A stretch of DNA of 63,413 bases, filler included, from Chiloscyllium plagiosum (taxonomy: Eukaryota): NCBI RefSeq assembly GCF_004010195.1. It is 3 parts of one record of this genome, joined end to end, with 100 filler letters (N's around TTAATTAATTAA, not from the genome) between each part and the next. Parts side by side here need not be neighbours in the genome. Positions count along the whole stretch, not along the records: positions 18,570 to 44,133 come from NC_057712.1; positions 44,234 to 63,413 come from NC_057712.1; 1 more part is not named here. One strand, given 5' to 3'. Below the pieces are notes generated by a model. It was given only the letters and a program-made list of their open reading frames with translations, did no database searches and was not told where the DNA came from. The position numbers were made by a program, and so were the translations under genes. Numbering within the stretch: the first letter of the stretch is position 1; each line of letters opens with the position of its first letter. Below are positions 35,714 to 45,271 of the stretch, in pieces.

Positions 35714-37479
35714 AGTTCTGAGGAAGAGTCAAACTGAACTCACAACATTAACTCTGATTCTCTTTCCACAGAAGCTGCCGTTCCTGCTGAGTTTCTTCAG
35801 CATTTTCTGGGTTTGTTTTGAACTTACAGCCACTATCTCAGAAGAAAATACTGTCAACTGAGTCAGAGCTGATTTATATGGTGAAACCACCCCCCCCCCA
35901 CACCATACTAAGCAATACTTCTGCTATCAGTTCATAATAAAGAAGTTTTACATATTATGTCAGAATCAACTATTGTCTCAAGTCAGAACTTTTGAAATTA
36001 TAGCAATCTGTAGTCTGCTGGAAAAGGACTTAATCATATTTTGATTTAGTTAAATACTTTAGTAGAATAACAACATATCCACCCTACTTGTTTTGTAGTT
36101 GAAATGAATGCTGTGCCTTTTTATAGGTGATCAAAAGCACAAGCAGCTTGAATACAGTTAGTATTGCAGGTGGGTTGGATGACCAGCCAAAAACATCCAA
36201 GTGTTCAGCCAATGTAAACAATTTCCAGAACATACTGTGAATTAAATCTGGAAATATTAGCTGAATCTGTGGCACAGTTACTACTGGTAACGTGCTGCAA
36301 AAAAAATCTTGAAAAGGAATCAGTCACTTATTACACAATTCTTTACAACTACATTATACGGAAGTCACAGGGGCATTTTTGATCAACTGAGCTTTTGCAT
36401 AATCACACATATTGTAACATGAGATTTCTATACTTAATGTTTTTTTCTGATACAATTCCATGAATAGAGAATGATGTAATTGTTCTATATTCTGATTCAT
36501 CCTGAGACCAGTTGAGGAAGTGCTTCATGTTAGGTGTTGATTCTCAAAATACAGTATCATAATATTACCAGAAATAGTTTATGAAAGCTAAATTGAATGG
36601 CTGGGATAATTTAGGGAAGCTTAAGGAATGGGCTGCAAGTCCTACTCACTAAGTGTTGGCAGTTCTCAGTGATAAATCTAGGTGGAGCATTAGTTGTTAT
36701 TTCCTGGTCACAATGCGTTGGAGCATTTGGTGAAAAGGAATTGTGTCTTATACTGTATAATTAGCAGGGCCTTATTTTTAGTTTGGTGTCAGTTTAAATG
36801 CAACTGTAGGACTAGCAAAGAAAACCTCTAAAATGCAGATAACTAACTGATTGTACTAGATTCTTCCTGTTCAGTTTCAATGCAAACAATTCTCCAGTAC
36901 TGGAGATATTTCCCTACATATTGCTGTCTCTTTCCCAAAATAGGAACTCATTAAGTGTTTATAACAATCGCCCATTCCAGTTTTATGGCAACTCTGCCCT
37001 TTGCTGGCATGAATCTTGTCAGGTCAAATCCGCATAATTTGTAAAAATACATGACAAAGCATTTCCAGTTGAAACTTACAGTATTTGCAACAAAATTCAA
37101 CTTGTCTTCACACAGCATATTACACTGAAATGCTTCAATATAATTTCAATATTCTTGATTGTCACAATTACATTCATGGGACAAATAGTCTGAGGGTTTC
37201 TACAGTTTCCAGCCCTGGTGTACGACAACTGAAAGGCCACAAAAACCTCCTATACCTTATGTACAGTTGTTTGTTTAGAGTTCAACTTCTGGCTAAAAAT
37301 GTCTCTGGTTGGAATTCATTGTACATTGCACAGTAAATTTGGAGTAGGATAAAGGATTCTGTTATGCACAAAATCATGGATTAGTTTTTCATGAAGAAAA
37401 TGGGACAAAAATGAAAGTTGGTGATTCGTAATTGCCATCTTATATAATTAGGTTCCTCCAGTTTGCTCCTCTAATGTGG

Positions 37480-37645
37480 AGAAAGTGAGGACTGCAGATG
37501 CTCAAGATCAGAGTCAAAAAGTGTGGTGCTGGAAAAGCACAGCCGGTCAGGCAGCATCTGAGAAGCAGGAGAATCGACATTTTGAGCATAAGCTCTTCAT
37601 CAGGAATGTCCTGCGGTGCTTTTCCAGCACTACATGTTTTGACTC
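37480..37645. mobile_element. Palindromic PLE derivative (family A variant)
   Basis: TSD tgctcct(c/g)taatgtgg (37464-37479, 37646-37661); minus-strand CTGATGA-A-GAGC-TTAT-GCTC stem II variant. Confidence 0.8.
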
Positions 37646-37893
37646 TGCTCCTGTAATGTGGTTAAGGTAGTGCCTGGGTATCACTGGACAGGGAGCATGC
37701 AGTGTCTACCAATGCTCTTGATTCCTTTAGAGAGAGGTAGGCACCACAGGGGTTACAGTGCTTTGTTTCCTTCTTCAATTCCAATTGGAGTTAGTTCCTT
37801 CCCGCTTTCCCTACCCGTCTCTCACTTTTGATAGTTTGCACTGTCCGTAATGGGATTTGCACGTAAATATCTAAGTTAGCCATTGGAAAGTAT

Positions 37894-38101
37894 TAAAAAT
37901 CACACAACATCAGGTTGTAGTCTAAAAGGTTTATTTGCAAACATTACCTCTTGAAGCGCAGCTCCTTCTTCGGGTTACTGTGTCTGATGAAGGAGCAGTG
38001 CTCTGAAAGCTAGTACTTCCAAATAAACCTGTTGGAGTATAACGTGGTGTTGTGTGATTTTCAACTTTGTCCATCCCAGACCAACAACGGCTCCTCCACA
38101 T
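37894..38101. mobile_element. Palindromic PLE derivative (family D)
   Basis: Inverted arms; TSD cattggaaa(g/a)tat (37881-37893, 38102-38114); same family as 29005-29219. Confidence 0.8.
37981..38015 (+). ncRNA. Minimal hammerhead motif, family D (stem I lost at the junction)
   Basis: CUGAUGA (37984-37990) A GGAGC-AGU-GCUCU GAAAG CUA; stem III palindrome AGCU, cleavage triplet CUA. Confidence 0.6.
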
Positions 38102-38194
38102 CATTGGAAAATATGTCATGGGGATTTGATGGTAGGAAAGCCCTTCAGTTTTATATAAGACTAAAGCATATAAATCGGCTTCTCAATAGGCTTG

Positions 38195-38786
38195 AAATTG
38201 TGTTGCTGGAAAAGCATGGTAAAAACAATGACTGCAGATGCTGGAAACCAGATTCTGGATTAGTGGTGCTGGAAGAGCACAGCAGTTCAGGCAGCATCCA
38301 AGGAGCTTAGAAATCGACGTTTCGGGCAAGAAGTGTTGAGCCACGGGGTGGTTGGTTGGTTGGTCCGGGTGTCCCAGAGGTGTTCTCTGAAACGTTCCGC
38401 TGGAGGAAGAGCACCTCATCTTCCACCTAGGAACCCTCCAATCATAAGGGATGAACTCTGATTTCTCCAGTTTCCTCATTTTCCCCTCCCCCCACCTTGT
38501 CTCAGTCAAATCCCTCGAACTCAGCACCGCCTTCCTAACCTGCAACCTTCTTCCTGACCTCTCCGCCCCCACCCCCACTCCGGCCTATCACCCTCACCTT
38601 GACCTTCCTCCACCTATGACATTTCCAACACCCCTCCCACAAGTCCCTCCTGCCTACCTTTTATCTTAGCATGCTGGACACACTTTCCTCATTCCTGAAG
38701 TAGGGCTCATGCCCGAAACGTCGACTCTCCTGTTCCTTGGATGCTGCCTGACCTGCTGTGCTTTTCCAGCAACACATTTTCAGCTC
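38195..38786. mobile_element. Composite PLE insertion with GIY-YIG fragments in both orientations
   Basis: 16-bp TSD cttctcaataggcttg (38179-38194, 38787-38802). Minus-strand fragment ERFREHLWDTR...HPVAQHF (38331-38398). Plus strand LEEEHLIFHLGTLQS*GMNSDFSSF, then a pLTR with a hammerhead at 38695-38723 (A9 mutated to U). Confidence 0.85.
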
Positions 38787-39039
38787 CTTCTCAATAGGCT
38801 TGCCAACTTTGGCTGGATATATTCCATAGATGTCATCACATGACCTCCCATCTTAAAGTGCCCCTCCTTCAGGCTCAACATACCAATCATCACCTTTTCA
38901 ATGTGTCCGGGTTTTGAATTTTGACAATCTGGCCACCCCACCCTTGACTGAACATCCTGCCAACCCATTGTGTCTGAACTTATCTAAGAGTGGGCACACT
39001 TGTTCAAAGGCGTGGTCTCCAGAACCAGATTCCAGCAGG

Positions 39040-40120
39040 AACATAAATATACCTGCGGGGAGTCAAGAGGCGGTAGAAGGAAATCGGGGGCGGGTGATTC
39101 TGAATTTAGAAGCAAGGGACCCAAAGATTTTGTGACCGGGCTCTTTAGGAATTCCGGCCAAACGGAGAAAGAGTGGGCGCTTTGATAAGTTGTACAAACA
39201 TTGACGTACGGTTCACTATGAAAGTCGTGTTTGTCCCTTGCCATTAACGTACCACACAATACAACCCAAATTTGTAACTCTTTAAGAGTAACGAAAGATG
39301 CAATGAGGAAACACATTTGAAGCATGACGTGAATGTTTAAAAAATCCCTCCCGGTGGATGTTCACTGGTGAACTATTTGCATAAACGCTTGCCACACTCG
39401 GCTCCACGCCTCCTCTTGGCGTGTTGCACTGTGCCTTCGGATTGGATGTCCTATTTTGGTAATCGGACAGCCCCTAGAAAAACCTAGACTTGGGTCTGAC
39501 TGGTTGGTGTAACCAGAGCGGCATACACACTCACAGACAGGGGCGATCGGATCAATTGCCGGATGTATCAACATCGCTACGTGGAATTGTAGTGTGTATC
39601 TTTTCAAGTTGACACAATTCCTTCGCATTCCCATGTGTGTGAGAGCGGCCCGGCTCGCCACACTGCAGCGGCGGACACAGTGTTGCTGAAGGTGCGGTCC
39701 CAGCAGCAACAGCAACAACGGCAGCGGCGGCTCCGCTTCGCTCTGACCGACATGAGCCTGGAGCAGGAGGCAGCAGCAGGCGCGGTCTCTGAGGGAGACA
39801 GCGGCCTCGCTGTCCCGGTGCCGCTCCTGTGCCCCGGACAGGGCAGTGGCAGCACCAGTGTCCCGGCCGGTACCTACTGGCAGGATCACACGGCAGCCGC
39901 TTCGGTACCGTCCTCGGTGCCGGCTGCCCGGCTCAAGAACCGGCCGACCACCGTGGTGTACGTGGTGAACGAGGCGGCTCAGCTGCAGCTCGCTGAGAGC
40001 CTGGCTCTGCAGTGTTTGAGGGAAGCGTGCGAGAGTGTCAGCGCCTCCCTGGAGACTGTGCCCTTCGAGAAGCTGGACTTCGGAGAGACCGCCGTCCTGG
40101 ATTATTTCTACAATGCAGGT
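39040..40120 (+). promoter_or_regulatory. CpG-island promoter / first-exon region of MAP3K5
   Basis: Sharp local rise in CpG and GC content. CRE half-sites TGACGT (~39202, ~39325), octamer ATTTGCAT (39375-39382), reverse CCAAT (39441-39445). The TSS cannot be determined. Confidence 0.75.
39752..40118 (+). CDS. MAP3K5: MAP kinase kinase kinase 5 (ASK1), first coding exon
   Basis: ccgacATG; MSLEQE...RPTTVVYVVNEAAQLQLAESLALQCLREACESVSASLETVPFEKLDFGETAVLDYFYNA matches human ASK1 (RRTTVAYVINEA...ALQSLREACETV...KLDFGETTVLDRFYNA). Phase-1 donor G|GTAAGC at 40118/40119. Confidence 0.93.
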
Positions 40121-42330
40121 AAGCTGATGGAGGAAGAACTCTTGAGCCTGCTGCTCCACTGCTTCTGCACAAATGTCCTCTTCAGTTTTAATGAAATTGA
40201 AGACCCCTCAAGTCCTAACATTGCCAAAAGTGACTTTTAAGACCTGGAATGATGCAGTTTTTTAGTGCTCCGATCCAGCTTCAGCTGGTGGCACACTGTA
40301 AACTGGACGGTGAAACTTGAGCCAGAACTTTAAAAGAGGCAAAGTTGGTGTTGACATTGTGCAAATCAGCCTGAGTCGCTCAGCAGTGCCTAAAGTGCAC
40401 TGTACTCTCACAATATTACTTGTGAGTGGTGTTTGATCTATAAGAGTGTTGAACCAATGTTTGTTTGAATTTGTTGCCATTTGTTCTGTGCGTAGTCTGA
40501 ACTGTTCAGAAGAATATGTAACAAATAAAGCAGGTTCGAAGTGATGTATTGCAATACTCTCAGAAAGATCATATTAATGGCGACTTGTGTTTCCCGTGGA
40601 GATTGAAATCATGACCTAACTGTATTGGCACAATATTCTGACGCAAGTAATTTGTATGGGAATACTGTATGAACTCCGATTCAATATTTTTTTTTGCTGG
40701 ACTTGTATTCCATATGTAAAACATGCTAATTTTGAATTATGTGTAATATTGGTCTGCATTGTGTTGCACTATTGATGTAAAAGAGAACACTATATTTGTA
40801 ATAAAATATGGCAAGATTCAGCTGTGTTTGTCAGATAGAGATCTTCATCACAGATGATTATTAATCACTAAATGTTTAGCCTGCTCTGCTTGTATATAAT
40901 GATGCTTTTCCTATAAACTGGTAAGATGAACATTGCACCTGCCATTATGAACAAAGAGCGTACCGACAAAGTCTTGATGAAAGGAAAGACCCGATTGAAC
41001 TGAGAATTGATCAAGAGGAATTATTAGAAAGGCTAGCTCTAATTTAAGAACTGAAGTCACAAGGAGATATTGGGATAAAGCTGAGAATACTGAGGGAGGC
41101 GGTGGCGGAAAGTGCAGAGGTTTTGGCTTGGGCAGCACTTACTGCCCATCTTGCTACCAAGAGGACAGTTAAGAGTTGATTATCTTGCTGCAGACCTGGA
41201 GTCACATGTTCGGGTAGGCGAGGTAAAAATGACACTTTTAGGGAATGAAAACTATTGGGTGAACAAGATAATTTTTTGACATGGGTTACATGGTCCCCTC
41301 AGACTAAAGTTTATAATTCCAGATTTCCTTTTTTAAAGATTCACCATCTGCCATGGTGGAATTCAAAACCGATGCCCCCAGAATTTTAGTCCAGGATTCT
41401 GGACTACTGGTTCATTCACATTACTGTTAGGCCACATTAACTTCCCATTCTGCTTAGATACAAGGGTGTTGCCAGAAGACTGGAAAAATGTAAATGTTAG
41501 ACCTATGTGCAGCGGGTCTAAGGATAAATTTTAATGAGATAACATGTTTGATATGGGTGATGCATTTGATGTAATGTGCACAAACTTCCAAAAGTCAATT
41601 AATAAAGTGCCACATAGCCTTACCAGAAAAGATGAAGTCCTTATTATCAGCCTGATCCCTGTGATGGCAGGTTTTGTTATCTGAGAAGAGATTGGATTGA
41701 CTGGGCCTGTAATCACTGACGTTAAGAAGAATGAAAGGGGACGTTATTTGAAATGAATAAACTTCTGACAGGGCAGGACAGAGTTGATAGAAGGTCCTGG
41801 GATACACACAGGCCATTTCAGACTGAACTTTGGCGAAAGTTTTGTTTTTACTCTATGGACTTCTTTACCACAGAAGGCAGTGGAGGTAAATCACTGAATA
41901 TATTTAAGAAGTAAATGGATTTCTAGAAGCTAAAGCCATGAAGCGTTTTGTGGACAGAGTGGTGGTTGAGAGAGCATCAAAATAATCCATATTGAATAAT
42001 TGGGCTAAATGGCCTGTTCTTGTCTCTGATTTCTATGTTTCTATAGAACAAAATGGACAGTGAAAATATGACTGACTGGAAGTAGAGATGAATGAGGAAT
42101 GATTTTCAGACTGCACAATTTCAGAAATTGCTGGGGGATAAAAAAATCTTTGTGTCTTGAGTGGTGAGAAGACTTTAAAAAGAAGAAATAGATTTTAAAA
42201 GAACAAAGGCCAGTGGAATAGGTGGACTCCAAGCAGATCAAATTTATTAAAGTGTGGAGAAATTTGAGTAGGATGAATGAGGAGAGGCAAAGCACAATTC
42301 TAAAGTGCTTGCAAGAGCAGTGTGGACTGG

Positions 42331-42463
42331 AATCCCTGATGAAGGGCGCCTGTCTGAAACATTGATTTTCCTGCTCCTCGGATGCTGCCTGACCTGCTGC
42401 GCTTTTCCAGCATCACTAATCTTGACTCTAATCTCCAGCATCTGCAATCCCTTGCTTTCGTCC
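42331..42463 (+). mobile_element. Solo PLE terminal repeat with decayed hammerhead and tail
   Basis: CTGATGA at 42336-42342 with weakened stem II, followed by ...gatgctgcctgacctgctgcgcttttccagc...ctccagcatctgc. Confidence 0.8.
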
Positions 42464-42468
42464 ATACA

Positions 42469-42768
42469 TTAGATTAGATTAGATTCCCTGCAGTGTGGGA
42501 AACAGGCCCTTTTTGGCCCAACAAGTCCACACTGACCCACCGAAGAGTAACCCACCCACACCAATTTCCCTCTGACCAACGCACCTAACTAATGGGCAAT
42601 TTAGCATGGCCAATCCACCTGATCTACACGTCTTTGGACTGTGGGAGGAAACCGGAGCAAACCCACGTAGATACTGGGAGAATGTGCAAACTCCACACAG
42701 ACAGTCGCCCAAGGCTGGGTCCCTGGTGCTGAGGCAGCAGTGCTAACCACTGAGCCACCGTGCTGCCC
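42469..42768 (-). mobile_element. HE1-type V-SINE with (TCTAA)n tail
   Basis: Reverse complement of a tRNA-like head, V-domain and 3' tail. Confidence 0.9.
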
Positions 42769-43016
42769 CAGTAGGTGCCTAAGTCAATGAAAGTGGAAGG
42801 GCCGGTTGAAATAATGGTTTAAAAGGCCTACAGAATCCCAGGCTTTAAAAACAGGCAGATAATAAAAAAAGCATGGAAATTATGTGAATCTTTTATAAAA
42901 TACTGTTTTTGGTCCAGGAGATTTAGAGGGAGAAGTCTTCTCACCCAGAGGATAGTGGGGGTCTGGGATGAACTGCTTTTGGGAAGGTAGTTGAGGCAGA
43001 TAACCTCATAACCTTT

Positions 43017-43860
43017 GTGAAAAAAATTGCCTCGATATTTACTGTGGAAAGGGACATGAAAAATGTAGAATGTAGGGAAATAATAGTAATATCTTGAAAA
43101 ATGTCCATATTACAGAGGAGGAAGTGCTGGATTTCTTGAAACGCATAAAGGTGGATAAATCCCCAGGACCTGATCAGGTGTACCCTAGAACTCTGTGGGA
43201 AGCTAGAGAAGTGATTGCTGGGCCCCTTGCTGAGATATTTGTATCATCGATAGTCAGAAGTGAGGTGCTGAAAGACTGGAGGTTGGCTAGCGTGGTGCCA
43301 CTGTTTAAGAAAGGTGGTAAGGACAAGCCATGGAACTATAGACCAGTGAGACTGACGTTAGTGGTGGGTAACTTGTCGGAGGGAATCCTGAGGGACAGGA
43401 TGTACGTGTATTTGGAAAGGCAAGGACTGATTAGGGATAGTGCATGGGAAATCATGTCTCACAAACTTGAGTTTTTTGAAGAAGTAACAAAGAGGATTGA
43501 TGAGGTCAGAGTGGGAGACATGACCTACATGGACTTCAGTAAGGCGTTCGGCAAGGTTCTCCGTGGGAGACTGGCAACAAGGTTAGATCTCATGGAATAC
43601 AAGGAGAACTAGCCATTTGCATACAGAACTGGCTCAAAGGTAGAAGACAGGTGGAGGGATGTTTTTCAGACTGGAGGCCTGTGACTAGTGGAGGGCCACA
43701 AGGATCGGTGCTGGGTCCACGACTTTTCTTCATTTCTATAAATGATATGGATGTGAGCATAAGAGGTATAGTTAGTAAGTTTGCAGATGACCCCAAAATT
43801 GGAAGTGTAGTAGACAGCGCAGAGGGTTATCTCAGATTACAACGGGCTCTTGATCAGATG
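43017..43860 (+). mobile_element. CR1 LINE ORF2 (RT) fragment
   Basis: KSPGPDQVYPRTL, VVPLFKKGGKDKPWNYRPV, YMDFSKAF, PQGSVLGP, KFADD; cut off by a PLE at 43861. Confidence 0.9.
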
Positions 43861-44133
43861 GAAAAAGTGAGAACTGCAGATGCTGGAGATCAGAGCTGAA
43901 AATGTGTTGCTGGAAAAGCGCAGCAGGTCAGGCAGCATCCAAGGAGCAGGAGAATTGACGTTTCGGGCATGAGCCCTTCTTCAGGAATGAGGAAAGTGTG
44001 TCTAGCAGGCTAAGATAAAAGGTAGGGAGGGGGGACTTGGGGTAGGGGCGTTGGAAATGTGATAGGTGGAAGGAGGTCAAGGTGATTGTGATAGGCCGGA
44101 GTGGGGGTGGGGGCGGAGAGGTCAGGAAGAAGA
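43861..44133 (-). mobile_element. PLE pLTR (family A) with tail, running into the linker
   Basis: Tail, terminal repeat and purine-rich body on +, complementary to ~38540-38786. Minus-strand hammerhead CUGAAGA-A-GGGC-UCAU-GCCC-GAAAC-GUC at 43957-43984. Confidence 0.88.
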
Positions 44134-44233
44134 NNNNNNNNNNNNNNNNNNNNNNNNNNNNNNNNNNNNNNNNNNNNTTAATTAATTAANNNNNNNNNNN
44201 NNNNNNNNNNNNNNNNNNNNNNNNNNNNNNNNN
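44134..44233. other. Artificial scaffold linker N44-TTAATTAATTAA-N44
   Basis: Identical in structure to 18470-18569. Confidence 0.95.
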
Positions 44234-44646
44234 CTCCCTCACCACCAGACGCCTGGAGGAAGAACGCCTCATCTTCCGCCTCGGAACACTTCAACCCCAG
44301 GGCATCAATGTGCACTTCAACAGTTTCCTCATTTCCCCTTCCCCCACCTCACCCTGGTTATAAACTTCCAGCACAGCCTTGTCCGGACTTGTCCTACCTG
44401 CCTATCTCCTTTTCCACCTATCCACTCCACACTCTCCTCCGACCTATCACCTTCTTCCCCTCCCCCACTCACCCATAGTACTCTATGCTACTTTCTCCCT
44501 ACCTCCACCCTCCTCTAGCCTATCTCTCCACACTTCAGGCTCACTGCCTTTATTCCTGATGGAGGGCTTTTGCCCGAAACGTCGATTTCGAAGCTCCTTG
44601 GATGCTGCCTGAACTGCTGTGCTCTTCCATCACCACTAATCCAGAG
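44234..44646 (+). mobile_element. PLE 3' end: GIY-YIG C-terminus + pLTR
   Basis: SLTTRRLEEERLIFRLGTLQPQGINVHFNSF, then CTGATGG-A-GGGC-TTTT-GCCC-GAAAC-GTC (44556-44583; A9 to G). Confidence 0.88.
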
Positions 44647-44926
44647 TGAATTCATTGTGTAAACTGAACAACTTGTTCATTGGTTTTATATTGCTCTAGT
44701 ATTATGACATGGAGACAGATAATCCCTCTGTCCCTGTATTCTCAACATAGTAAAATTAAAATACTCATTCTCTCTCAAAATTGCCTGACTGGTTCCTAAA
44801 CAGATTTTTTTGAATAACCAATTCCAGGCTTTGTGAAATTTATAGCTTAAACAAAATAATTAACTGTTTATAAATGATACAGTGAGGAGTCTTGAGTTTG
44901 ATATTCAACAGTTCGAGTGATCTTTA

Positions 44927-45271
44927 TAGAATCACAGAATCCCTACAGTGTGGTCATTGGGCCATTTGGCCCATCTGAAGAGCATCCCACCCGAACCCAT
45001 TCTCTTACCCTCCAACCCTGTCCCTGTAATATGCATCACCCATAGCTGAACCACCCAGCCTGCAAATCCCTGGGCACACTATGGGCAATTAAACATGGCC
45101 AATCCACCTAACCTGCACATCTTTGGACTGTGGGAGGAAACCAAAATACCGAGGGAAAACTCATGCCGACATGGAGAGAATATGCAGACTCCACACAGAC
45201 AGTTGCCCAAGGGTGGAATCAATCCTGGATCCCTCGTGCTATGAGGCAGAAGTGCTAACCACTGAGCCACC
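44927..45271 (-). mobile_element. HE1-type V-SINE
   Basis: Reverse complement of a tRNA-like head and V-domain. Confidence 0.88.

Noticed and set aside
39362..40159. 265-aa minus-strand ORF
   Set aside because: It is the antisense shadow of the GC-rich MAP3K5 exon 1 and has no recognisable motif.
40119..40240. Continuation of the 201-aa ORF (GKLMEEELL...)
   Set aside because: Read-through past the canonical G|GTAAGC donor; ASK1 similarity stops at FYNA.
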